Part shown: in pieces, positions 48,901 to 60,674 of the stretch
How the letters are laid out: the number at the start of each line of letters is the position of its first letter
Numbering within the stretch: position 1 is the first letter of the stretch
Source: Blastocladiella emersonii ATCC 22665
Lineage: Eukaryota; Fungi; Blastocladiomycota
NCBI GenBank assembly: GCA_025594325.1
Contig: JANHCV010000003.1
Coordinates: 1,612,001-1,676,000 of the forward strand
Direction of reading: 5' to 3'
Length of the DNA: 64,000 nt
Position numbers and translations under genes: made by a program
Notes under the pieces: generated by a model
What the model was told of the DNA's origin: nothing
What the model saw: only the letters and a program-made list of their open reading frames with translations
Database searches by the model: none

Positions 48901-49495
48901 GCCGAACATTGGCCCGTTCACGTCGGCCGGGTACGGCACGCCGCTGGCGCGGACTCGCGGCGCAGACGGCCGCACGTCGTCGTCGCTGTCCAACATAGCG
49001 GGCCTCAACTCGTCGGCGCCTGGGTCCGCGAGCGGCGCGCCGACCAGCGCGCCGACGCCCGGCGGCCTCGCGCGCAAGGGCACCGTCAAGCTCAAGGAGC
49101 GCTTCCTGTCGTCGACGACGGGCAGCAACGAGGACGTGCTGTCGAACTCGGGCACCTCGGGCGGCGGTGCGGGCGTTGGCGGGTCCACGGCCGCGCTCGG
49201 GACCACGAGCATGCCCGGGAACAACGCGAGCGCGAGCGGGCTCCCGGTCTCGCTCAGCGCGGTGCCGTCCGCCATGACCGGGTCGCTGAGCGCGCTGTCG
49301 TCGAGCGGTGCCGGAACCCCCGTGCCGACGGGCGGCCACGGCATGAGCCCATCGGCCACGTCCGACTCGCTGGCGATCGGGAACATCAACTCGGGATCCG
49401 AGGCCGGGTGGAAGCGGCCAGGATCGCTGCTCGCGCGGATGCGCGGCGGGTCGGCGCTCGCCAACGAGCAGCGGAGGAGCGGGAGCCACCAGTGA
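42963..49495 (+). CDS. DOCK-family (DOCK1-5 type) Rac GEF with SH3, DHR1 and DHR2 domains; intron 48775-48836
   Basis: SH3 (LNIGDLVQLLE...GWYRG...GIFPAACLHV), DHR1 (YESLVYRHVINPRLNEIVRV...HLFF...AFGFKPL), DHR2 (YLKYVHHL...EAGWTLKLH, YFRVGFYGMGFP..LRNKQFVYRG, SPIENA, GSVDAPVNGG). The last exon is FFQKNF... ending at TGA 49495. An additional 5' exon is possible. Confidence 0.95.
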
Positions 49496-49629
49496 GTGAG
49501 AGGGACTACTTTTTCAGCCTATAAGTCATGAAATACACCATATCTTTGTTCTCAATGATCATCGTGGCGCACTGGCGCCGTTCAGCAGCACGTCGTTGAT
49601 GTACGTGATTACTACGAGTCACGGTCGCG

Positions 49630-51703
49630 TCAGTTTCGGAGCTTGCGACATCGGCGTTCCATGCCAAACGTACCGCTCCATGGCCGTCCGAGCTGCGAGT
49701 GCGGGTGGATGGGCAGAATGAAGTAAATGGACAGCAAGAGCTTCCAATACGCGTCGTCAGTTGCGCGGAGGAGGAAGCGGCTCGAACTGCCAGCAATCGA
49801 CCCGCTGCTCACGGCGGTCGTGGCCGCGGCGCTGCCCTTGCGCTTCGGCTTGAGTTTGTTCTCGGGGTCGCCCGTTGTCTTTTCGCCCGCAGTTGACTGA
49901 AAATTGGGTTTCGCGAACAGCGATCGAAGCACGGGAACCCTGGATAGCGATGTGTCAGCGCAGTGACCCTGGCCATCGCGTGGCCATGGACGCGTACCAG
50001 AGCAACTTGGTGACGTGCGTCGACAGGTTGCGGCCCAGCCTCGCTCGCAGGTACCATCCGGCCCACGAGATATTGACGAGCACGGGGACCACCGACAGCA
50101 GCGACAGGATGACGGCGTTGGTGAGATCGCGGCCGCTGAACGTGAACCGGCCCGCCGGCTTGCCGTAGTAGTACATGGCGTAGGCCTCGGTAAAGTGGAA
50201 CCACACGGCGTTGGGCCCATTGTAGAGGATCGGAAACGTGACGATGAAGAAGACGGTGCGGAAGATGATCGACAGCGTCGAGAAGATGTACCGCGACACG
50301 CGCTCCTCGATCATGAGCTCGTCGAGGGCCTGGCCGCCGCGCGAGTCGGCCTCGCCGGCCGCGGCCAGCGTCACTTGCCGCAGCCGGATCCACCGCGTCG
50401 TCTGGATCAAGTTGCTGCAGAGCATCACGTTCTGCAGCACCGAGAGCGCGGCCCAGACGTACCAGTTGACGCGAGGAGAGACGAGGCCAATGTACACGTC
50501 TGTCATGGCCGAGATTTCGAAGGCAGCGAGCGAGGCTACATGATCATAGTCGAGTTGTGAGCGGCGCGTGCAGCTTTCGGCTTCGGACGACATACCAAGG
50601 CGGACCTTCTGTCGTTCTGTCATGCGCTGCACGGACTTCGTGACGAGGTGCGAGCGGAGATGCTGCAGGCCGATGTTGACGAGCCGCACACCACCTACAG
50701 CCAAAACGCGTGAGCTTGTGGACCTCAGCGTCTGACTTGGGAGGGGCACGAGAACCGATGGCGATGATTTGAATGTAAAATTCAGTCGATATCGACACTA
50801 AACGAGGCGGCTTCAGCTTTCGTACGGGTTGCGATCGAAGCAGGCACGTACTAGTGATGTAGAAGCCGCAAAGCGCGAACCACGCGACGTTCATGACCGC
50901 CGGCACGGACGACGCGTACAGGAACCGCGTCCGGAACCCAGGCTCGGCGCGAATGTCGGCCGGGATCGTCATGTAGACGGCCGCGGAGATAGCCGGACTA
51001 TACCACGCGCCGCCGGTCATGAGCGGCATCATGACTACCGTGGCCACCGTCAGCAAGAATCGGGCACGCAGCCACACGGGCATGTCGTACCTGTGCGATC
51101 AGGCCATGCGCCCGTCACGCCGAGAACGGCGTAGACGATAATTATGGCGCTGTACGCGAGCGACGGCGCCCACGCGTGGAACGCGAGGAGATCCGTGTCG
51201 AGGTCGAGCAGCGTGCGGATCCACAGCGTGCCGCTCAGCGGGATCACGGCGCCGATCAAAACGCAGTTCAAGCAGAACATGACGACGTTCATCGGGTACG
51301 TCGAGTTGAGCGGCGTCATGGGCAGCACGCCCGAGCCGACGGCGAAGTAGGCCGACGAAATGGCCATGACGACGATGTGGAACAGGAGCGACGTGGCCGA
51401 AAACCGTAGCGGCGTGTGCCGCTGTTTCCGGACCTTGCGGGCCGCAGCCGACGGCTCGGGCGCGTCGCGAAGCGATTCGGTCACTCGAGGCATCGTGGCC
51501 ACCGTTGTGGTCTCGCTCTGGTCGCCGGCCACCGCTGTGGCCATGACCTGCCCCGGGTCCATGGCCGCGCGCGACGGCTGATCAGGGATCATGGTTTGGT
51601 CCGAGACAGCAGACGCCACGGATAAACTTGATGCATGGCTACGTCCAGGCGCGCCTTGCGAGCGCGTGGGTATTTGCAGCGCGTCGGGGCCCTTGGGATG
51701 CAT
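49630..51703 (-). CDS. Unrecognised multi-pass (~9-10 TM) membrane protein, paralogue B, multi-exon; start could be 51703 or 51592
   Basis: Spliced hydrophobic segments share motifs with the neighbouring paralogue: LPMT..NS.YP, F.LNC, SG..W.RTLLDLDT, MMPL..GG.W, WFALCGFY, EFY.QI, RLASLAAFEI, ALS..QNVML and WKLL...YFILPIHPHSQL. Confidence 0.75.
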
Positions 51704-52065
51704 TGCAGGGGGTCGGTGATCGAGGTCGAGTGCAGCGGCTCATTGCGGGGCACACCTCAGAGCTATCTCGCTTTCCGGAAACGGTTCCGTGCTCGAAAAT
51801 CGCGTACTCTGTGGGTGCGGAACTGAGGCCGCGATGGCCAAACTTGTGCGCTGGGAGGCATGTGTCTCCCGGCTCGCTGGCGGGCGGTGTCGCGTTGACG
51901 CTCGAGAAGAGGTCCGGCGTCGTGCAGTTAATCATGGTTTCTATATTGACTCTGGTACGAACTACTCGGACTCGGCGACAGTTATACGCTTTTTGGAATC
52001 AATGAGCACCGCCGGCTCCGGCCAACGCGTTGTTGATGTATGTGATGACTAGAGCGTGTTCAAGG

Positions 52066-54782
52066 TCAGTCACCGTGGCCGCGCCGCATCCGAGAAAATC
52101 GCGTACCGTTCCACGCGTAGCTGAGCTGCGAGTGCGGGTGGATCGGGAGGATGAAGTAGACAGCAACCAGAAGCTTCCACACCGCGTCGGACCGCCAGTC
52201 GCCCGTCAGCGTGCGCCGGCTCACGGCGGCCGAGGCGGCACCAATGGACGCGGCGCCCGCCGAAGCACGACGGCCCTCAACGTCGGTCGCGGTCATGGTT
52301 GCCGTGGCCATGACCTCGGGCTTGCTCCCGCGCCGGCCGCCGCCGCCGCCGCCGCCCGCGAGCGAGCCGTTCGACCCGCTGACCTGCTTGTTGACCTTGC
52401 CGCCGCCCATTCCCTCGGTGAGCGACAGATTCGAGCCCTTGGTCCCGCCGCCGCCGCCATTGGCGAGGTTGCCGCTCTCGACGTGCAGACTGGCCTGGCT
52501 CCGCAGCCAGTTCTTGTCCTTGGCGAGGCTGTGCGACACGAAGTTGCTCAGAATCGGGACCCTGGACGGTTTGCGCGCGTGAGTGATCCAACGTTGGGCA
52601 GGAAACGAGTAGACGCGTGCACGTACCAGGACATCTTGATCAGGTAAAAGGTCATGTTGCGGCCGAGGCGGGACCGGACGTAGTAGTTGGCCCAGAGCGC
52701 GTTGAGGAGCACGGGGACCATGGACAGCCAGCTGAGGACGAGGGCCATGGACAGGTCCTCGGGCGCGATGGTGAAGACGGCCTTGTGCCCGTCGAGGAAG
52801 TAATCGGCGTAGCTAGAGGCGAGCGCGAGTGAGTTTCCGTCGCTACACAGCTGATGTTGAGCACGTACGCGGGCGTGAACGGGAACCAGTGCTTGTTCGG
52901 ACTGTAGTAGAGTCCAGTCATGGTCACGGTGAAGAAGACGCTGCGGTTCAGCTTGGAGATCACGTCGAGGATGTACTCGTTGATCTGCCCAGCGAGTCGG
53001 TGGTCAGTCCTTCGCCACGAACGCGAGAGCTGCGCCGTACCGAATGATCAATGAGAATCTCGTCAACCTCGTGGCTCGCCTCCGACTCGGCCGTGCCCGC
53101 AGCCTTGAGCGTGTCGACGCGCGTCTTGATCCAGCTCGAGATGTTGACGAGCTTGGACGTGAGCATGACGTTCTGGAAGATGGAGAGCGCGAGCCAGACT
53201 ACAGTCGCATCGCGTTAGACCTAAATGTCACGATGACCATGGTCACCGTGGCGTGGCGTACCGATCCAGTTGACCTCGGGCGTGCACATTCCGAGGTACG
53301 TTTCCGCGGCAGCCTCGATCTCGAACGCGGCGAGCGAAGCTACATTCGAGATGCAAGGGTGAGAGGAGCGATCCGTCCGTGGACAGCCGAACGGCGTACC
53401 GAGTCGCATGCGCTGGCGCATGTTCATCTTGGACACGGCCATGTTGACGAGCTTTGAGCGGACGGTCTTGAAGGCCACGGTGGCAAAGTGCAGGGCAACC
53501 AGGGCCATGATCTGGTAGTAGAACTCGTGGCGGAGGGTCACTACACGCGGCAGGCAGGGATCAACGACAACTGTCGAGTTCATGGCAGTCCGAAATGCGC
53601 ACCCGCGACGTAGAACCCGCACAGCGCGAACCAGAAAAAGTTGGTGATGGACGGCACCGCGATGGCGATCATGAACCGCTTCTTGAAATCGGGCGCGGCC
53701 TTGACCTCGGCGGGCAGCGACAGGTACGCACCGATGGCCACGGCGGGCGCGAACCAGATCCCGCCCGACCACAGCGGCATCATGACTGAGCGGGCGATGC
53801 GTTAGCCGACGTTACTGCACAGCAAGCGCGCTCGGAGAACCGTACTCGTGTACTTTGGCCAGACCTGGGCGAGGCCGACGGCGAGGTAGAGGAAGACGAT
53901 CTGGCCGTAGACAATGGAGGGCAGCCACGCCTCGCGGATCGAGAGCAGGTTCGTGTCGAGGTCGAGCAGCGTGCGGACCCAGATGGCGCCCGAAACGGGC
54001 GACGCGGCCGCCATCATGATGCAGTTGAGCGAGAACATGATCGGGCCGAGCGGGTAGACCGAGTTCTTGGACGTCATGGGGAGGTAGCCTGTCGCGGAGA
54101 CAGAGTGTCAGCCTTGCTGAGGCACATCGATACCAGCAACCGTACCAGCGCCGATCGTGTACCACAGCGACGCGCATCCCATGAGCACGATGTGGAAGGC
54201 GACAACCAGCGACGTGATGTTCCACGGGACCCGGCGCGGGCCGATCGAGACCGCGGACCGGTGCGAGAAGGCCGTGCCGCGGCGGCCGCCGGCCCCGTGC
54301 GTGTGAGCGTGCGGGTCCTCGTCGGGGACATGGCCATGCCCGCTCGCCGCGGACGGCGACTTCTTGAGCTCGCCGTGCAGCGGGACCTGCTTGCCGTGCT
54401 CGTCGAACACCTTGAGGTGGCGATCGTGGCCGTACGCGGACGGCGACGTCTTGAGCGACGACTTGACGACGCCGGACGACGAGTGCGACATGCGCTTGTC
54501 GCCCGCCATCCCCGACTCGGCGCGCGACCCCTTGGAGTCGTCGAGGTTGGTCGCCGGCTGCGCGTCACCGCCGACCGCTGCAGATGCACGGGCGCGTGCC
54601 GCCGCTACTGCTGCCGCTGGGTCCGACTCGATGGTCCCCGAAGACCCGCTCGGTCGCTCATGTGCGACGATGGGCAGGAGCTCCGAGGCGCCGCCCGCGG
54701 TCGACCGCGCGTCGGCGTCCGAGAGCGTCGTGTTTCTCTCGATGGGCCCGCGGCCCTGCGGGGCCGGAACCAGTGTTGCCAT
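52066..54782 (-). CDS. Unrecognised multi-pass (~9-10 TM) membrane protein, paralogue A, ~9 exons
   Basis: ATG at 54782, a ~185-aa low-complexity N-terminus, then the same motif series as paralogue B, with shared intron positions. Confidence 0.75.
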
Positions 54783-55151
54783 GGTGCAGATGCTACGGGA
54801 TCAAGGCCGCAAGAAGAAGAAGAAGAAGCGGCTCTCGAGCCGGGTGCGAAGCGCGTTCCATGTGCCCCTGCGCGGCTCCAGGCGCGTTCGATGCGGGACA
54901 TTGTGTGCGGAGGCGGCATGGCAGGGGGTCGACGACGCGCGCGGTGCCCGAGAACAAGGCGGCGGTAGCGCGCGTGGTCGGAGTGGGAGACGACGTGTGG
55001 GTGCGAGACGCGGTCGGTGCGGACGGCGTGGCGGCGGCCCTCACTCCGTCAACCAACCGAGCAGTCTCCCGAGCGCGAATCTGGCCTGTATTTGGATTGC
55101 ACGGGGAGAAGGGTGGTGTATTTAGGCGGCAAGCGCGCCCGAGACAGGCGC

Positions 55152-55740
55152 TTACTGCTTCTTGACGACGGCGACGCACTCGATCTCGACCTGGACGTCG
55201 CGCGGCAGGCGGGCGACCTCGACGGCGGCGCGGGCGGGCTTGTGGGTGGCGAAGAACTCGGCGTACACCTCGTTGACGGCGTTAAAGTCGTTCATCGACT
55301 TGAGGAAGACGAGCGTCTTGGCGACGTGGTTGAGGTCCGAGCCCGCGGCCTCGAGCACCGCCTTGAGGTTGACGAGCACCTGGCGCGTCTGCGCCTTGAC
55401 GTCGCCCTCGATAATTTGCATCGTCTCGGGGACCAGCGGGATCTGGCCCGAGCAGAACACCATGCCGTTGGCGACGACGGCCTGGGCTACACGTCGTGGG
55501 CGGGCCGTCGGTCAGCACCAACTGCTGTGCGTGTGTCGCAAGCTGGTCGGAGCATCCTGCCAGCCGCGTCGTTGGCATGCGGGAGGGCGCATGCATACAG
55601 TAGGGGCCGATGGCGGCGGGGGCCTGCTCGGTGTGGACGACGTTGAGGGGGGACGACATGGTTGTTGATGCGTAGCGGCGGAGCGAGCTGAGGACGGAGA
55701 GCGAGGACGGGCCGCGGGCAGCGCGAGCAAAGAGGAGCAT
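55152..55740 (-). CDS. MMF1: RidA/YjgF/Mmf1 reactive enamine deaminase with mitochondrial presequence; 1 intron
   Basis: [45 protein letters not shown] and [20 protein letters not shown]. Confidence 0.93.
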
Positions 55741-56011
55741 CCTCGAGTGTTGGGGGCGGGAGCAAACGGGCAGCGGCCGGGAGAGAGGGAACGCACGCGA
55801 GCACGCAAGTGGGTCGCCGCTCTCCACCTTACCGACTCTCGCTGCCTTCCATGACCATGATGGAGTGACAGGGGCAGCTGGCCGGCGATGGCGACGCTCA
55901 TGCAGGCGTGACCGGTGTGGGCTTGTTGTTGATGGTCGGCGGCGCGGCTGCACTGCAGGCCTCAGCTAGCGTCGTCCCGTCCCCTCTCCGCCGATCGACA
56001 ACACGGCAATC

Positions 56012-57253
56012 ATGTATCCAACAAGAGTCTATGCATCGATGCTGAGAGCACTACGTCGAGCCGGCCCGGCGTCCGCGAGCGCCCGCTTCCTGAGCTCGGC
56101 GGCTGCGACTACCGCGGCGGCCCCGCGCAAGCCGACGCTTATCCTCGGCATCGAGACGTCGTGCGACGACACCTCGGTCGCCATCGTCAACTCGGACCGC
56201 GAGGTCCTGTCGCTCGTCACCAAGAACCAGAACAAGTTGCACGAGGCGACCGGCGGCATCGTGCCGACGGCCGCCGCCATTGCGCACTCCATGGCGCTGC
56301 CCGGCGTGCTGCGTGAAGCGCTCGACCGCGCCGGCCTCGACACGCCCGCCAAGCTCGACCAGCTCGACGCGATCGCCGTGACGCGCGGTCCCGGGCTCGC
56401 GCCGTGCCTCGGCGTTGGGCTCTGCGCGGCCAAGAACCTCGCGGGCATGCTCAACAAGCCGCTGATCGGCGTTCACCACATGGAGGCGCACGCGCTGACG
56501 CCGCGGCTCACGGAACCCGTTCAGCCCGCGTTCCCGTACCTGTCGCTGCTCGTCTCGGGCGGCCACACGCTGCTGATCCTCACCGAGGGCCTGTCCAAGC
56601 ACACGATCCTCGGCACCTCGCTCGACGACGCTGTGGGCGAGTCGTTCGACAAGGTGTCGCGGTTCCTCGGCCTCGCGTGGCTGCCCACGGGCGGCGGCGC
56701 CGGCGCCGCGCTCGAGCAGGCCGCGCTGCGCGCCAACGGGTCGTACCCCGTCAAGTTCACGGTCCCGCTGCGCGACGGCCGCGACAAGCCGCACACGCGG
56801 CTCAACTTCTCGTTCAGCGGGCTCAAGACCCAGGTCGACCGCCGCGTCGCGTTGATCCGCAAGGAGCACGGGCTCGGCGCCAAGGACCCGCTCCCCGCCG
56901 AGATCCAGGCCGATATCGCGCGCGCGTTCCAGGACTCGGCCGTCGCGCACCTCGAGGACCGCCTGCGCCGCACCCTCGGCGAACTCGTCAAGGAGCGCAA
57001 GATCCCCGTCACGTCCGTCGTCGTGGCCGGCGGCGTCGCGGCTAACCAGTTCTTGCGCGAGCGCCTCACGACTGTGGCCGGCGGCGAGTTCAGCCTCCCG
57101 CTCATGGTCCCGCCGCCGCGGCTGTGCACCGACAACGCCGCTATGATCGCGTGGGCTGGGATCGAGCGGTTCCACGCCGGTATGACGGACCCGTGGGAGC
57201 TCGACTTTATCACCAAGTGGCCGTTGAGCGAGCTCGGCAAGGAGAAGCAATAG
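56012..57253 (+). CDS. QRI7: Mitochondrial tRNA threonylcarbamoyladenosine transferase (Qri7/OSGEPL1, TsaD family)
   Basis: LGIETSCDDT, VTRGPGL, GVHHMEAH, LLVSGGHT, DDAVGESFDK, FSFSGLK, GGVAANQFLR and CTDNAAMIAWAG. Confidence 0.93.
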   Translation: MYPTRVYASMLRALRRAGPASASARFLSSAAATTAAAPRKPTLILGIETSCDDTSVAIVNSDREVLSLVTKNQNKLHEATGGIVPTAAAIAHSMALPGVLREALDRAGLDTPAKLDQLDAIAVTRGPGLAPCLGVGLCAAKNLAGMLNKPLIGVHHMEAHALTPRLTEPVQPAFPYLSLLVSGGHTLLILTEGLSKHTILGTSLDDAVGESFDKVSRFLGLAWLPTGGGAGAALEQAALRANGSYPVKFTVPLRDGRDKPHTRLNFSFSGLKTQVDRRVALIRKEHGLGAKDPLPAEIQADIARAFQDSAVAHLEDRLRRTLGELVKERKIPVTSVVVAGGVAANQFLRERLTTVAGGEFSLPLMVPPPRLCTDNAAMIAWAGIERFHAGMTDPWELDFITKWPLSELGKEKQ

Positions 57254-57916
57254 ACTACTTCTCTAAACCGGTTTGGTCGGCCCCGCCTCACGCGTCCGCC
57301 CTCGGACGACGCACACTTATCTCGCGCATCAGATCTAAGTAGGCGGCTACGCTTCTACGGCAAGACAGACAAGGATCACGCGTCATACACCATGAATCGA
57401 GCCGCGAGCCCTTCCACACGCGCTGATCCGCCAACGCAACGTCTCCTCAGTGATCAACATGCAACGACGGACGTTGGGCGCGTCGACAAAAGTAATGGCC
57501 AAAGTAGCAACATGTCGTCGTGTAGACGAATGGACTGTGCTGTCGCTATGAAACCCATGGCCAAACTGTGTACTGGCGTCGCACGGGGGATTAAAACGCA
57601 GCTTTTTAGGCGATCTGATCCAGTAGAAAGCCTCAGCGAACAAGGGAAGCGCCTGTTACATGAGGATGTTATCTGGATTGGGTAAACGTGAGGAGCAAAA
57701 CAAGTGACCGGGCACGAGCTTTTTATGGAAGTGGAGGTGATCGGCCACCCACGTGAGCGGTTGTCAAGCTCTGGTCGGATGGCTGAGACACGTCGCTCAC
57801 CTGACTGATCGTCTCACGCGTTGCGCCACTCCGTCCCCGTCGCGTTTCGCCTCGGCTGTCTTGACCTCCTTGATCACCCCCCAACTCCCATGTATCGCTT
57901 CTAAGTCCATGCAACC

Positions 57917-60434
57917 ATGTCCGACGCTGTTCTTGAGGAGGTCTACGACCCTGACTATGAGCCGACGCAAAAGGGTAAGTTTGCCGGCCAACTCGGAGCC
58001 GGTTGAGCCGAGCGTCAAGTAACTTGCGATTTCTCGCACTTTACAGAGATCGACGAGTATGCTGAGTTCCTCGGCATGAACCTCGAAGAGGACACGGAGC
58101 TGTTCTGGATCGCACGAGAAGGGCTCAAGGCTCCGCTGCCGCCGGCATGGAAACCATGGTAAGTGACGCCCATCTGCGCAGTTCGGGCGATTCTAACGCT
58201 CGTGACGGTAGTCAAACTGACACGGGCGACGTGTACTACTACAACTTCGAGTCCAAGGAGAGCATCTGGGACCACCCGTGCGACGAGTTCTACCGCTCCA
58301 TGTACCAGCGCGAGAAGGCCAAGCTCGCGGGAGGAGGTGGGGGCGCCGGTGCCGGCGACGACGACGGGGGCGATGAAGGGGATGGAGATTGCGAAGCCAG
58401 CCCAAGCCGTGGCTCCCAGCACGAGGACAGCCGCGTCAGCGAGCCTCGCAGCGACGGCGGCGACGCGCACGAGGAGAGCATCAAGCAGGTCCGCCTTGAC
58501 GCCTTGCGAAGCTCGTTTGACGTAACTCACTCGACGATTCTGTAGTCGTCCAGCAAGGAGAGCAACCGGAGCGCACCGCACTCATCCGCATCCGGCTCCC
58601 GCAACAACCTCAACACGTCGCGCTCGGGTCTCCCGCTGCTCAGTATCTCCGGCTCCAAGGTCCTCGGCGCGATTCCTGCCTCGACCATGGCGGGTAACTC
58701 CTCGAGTGCAGACGCGCTCGTGCGATCGCGGACCGCGTCGAGCAGCAGGTCGCTGTCCAAACTCTCCGCCGCCGACGGCGGCCCCCTCGGCTCCAAGGAC
58801 CGCCTCCGCTCGCGCACCGGCAGCGCCTCGTCCATCGCGAGCGCTGCGTCGGAGCCGTCGCGGCGCACCGCGTCCAAGTCGGCCTCGCACCACTCGCTCG
58901 CATCGGTCAAGGAGCACCACTCGTCTCGCTCATCGGCGGCGAGTTCCCCGCGCGGTCTCCCCGTCTCGCTGCCCTCGCTGCAGTCGGCGCAGTCGGCGCG
59001 CCAGCTCGAGTCGCTGCAGCGCACCATCGACCAGCAGAACGAGCACGTCACGGAGCTCGAGGCCGAAATCCGCGAGCTGCGCGACCGGCTGCGCATCCAG
59101 GAGCAGGTCGTCGTCGAGCGGCAGCGCCGCCACGACCAGGACGTGCAGATGGTCACGGCGCGGCTCACGGTGCAGCACGACGAGGCCATGGCCAAGCTGC
59201 GCTCGTCGCTCGTCGAGGACCGCGAGCGTGCACTCGACGACCTCCGCGAGTCGCTCTCGGCCGACCACGACGCTGCTGTCGCCAAGGCAACACGCGACGG
59301 CGAGGCCCGCGGGCGGGCGACTACCGAGGCGCAGATTGCCGAGGCGCGCAACGCTCACGCGCGCGAGATAGCCCAGCTGCGCTCCGAGCTCGAGAAGCGG
59401 AACGCTGAGACGCGCGACCTTCAAGCCCAGCTCGACCGCGACACACATCTTCACGCCGATGAGCAGCGCGAAAAGGACGAGCAGCTGCGCCGCGCCCTCA
59501 AAGCCATCCAGGACCTTGAGCGCGCGCTGTCTGTCGCGAGAGAGCAGCAGAGCACGCCCGCATCAAGGAGCGCTCCCGCGCCAGCCGCCGTCGTACCGGC
59601 CCCCGTCTTCCTCAAGCCGACGCGCTCAACGCTCGTCCAGACGGACCCCGCGCCACCGACTCTGGGCATGGCGACGCAGACGGATCCGATGCCGGCGACC
59701 GTGTCGTCCAAGGCTAGCGTCGAGGTCGAGTCTTCCGCCCCGCACGCTCAGCCCGCCGCGGCCGCGGACCTGTCGTCGGCGGCTGAGGGAAGCCGCGTCT
59801 CGGCCGACGCGCTCGAGTCGCAGGAGGCCTCCTACACGGACGAGTACTCGGAGACGGTCACCTCGACGGCCGACTCGATCACCTCGGACGACATGCGCCG
59901 TCGCCGGCGGCGGCAGAAGCGCCACGGCGATAAGGACTCGGACCGCTCGCCGACGCGTTCCCTCAAGAGCCCGCGGCCCGTGCTGCTCAAGAGCCGCGTC
60001 CATGCGCGGCCGGCCAAGGAGACGTACATCGAGACGGTACCAATCCCGACCCTCGACAACGAGCTGAACGAGGTCAAGGGCCATTTGCACTCCATGCTCA
60101 ACAAGATCCACGCGCGGCGGCACCGTCCGCTTCCGTCGTCGCTCGGGTACGCTTGGCGATCTGATCAGCGACTGCGGCGAGATCGCTCACACGGCAGCGT
60201 CTTTGTAGTACCAACGATCTGTCGCCCCCGATCCGCCGCCTGCCAACCACTCCGCGCGCGGCCACCTCGTTCGCGCCGGCGGCCCACGTCGCGAGCCCGG
60301 ATCTCAACCTGTTCGAGCGCGAGTGCATGGACGCGGAGCGCAAGCTGCGCGAGCATACGTCGTGGCTACGCGGCTTCATCTCGTCGCTCGACGGGTCGAG
60401 TCCCGCGTCTAACGACACTGGAGCGTGGGTTTGA
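57917..60434 (+). CDS. CEP164: CEP164-like centriolar distal-appendage protein (N-terminal WW domain, coiled coils), multi-exon
   Basis: Spliced [25 protein letters not shown]...[48 protein letters not shown] matches the CEP164 N-terminus. Central coiled coil; last exon [15 protein letters not shown] at 60434. Confidence 0.85.
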
Positions 60435-60674
60435 CGCGCCGATGGCTACGCTACGGCTCGGATCCGCACTTTCCAATTGCACTATGATTATATCTCACTT
60501 CTGTATAAAGTATCCTGTGTCTTTATGAGTGTTCGCCTCGTCAATTCCTGCGCATGAACAACTGCCTGTCTCTCACCAACTATTTCACTCATCTCGCTTC
60601 CGAACTGTCGCGTGATGCCCGAGTTGATGGTTTGGACACTCAAGCGCTAAAGCAATCGTCCAATCGTCAATGTA

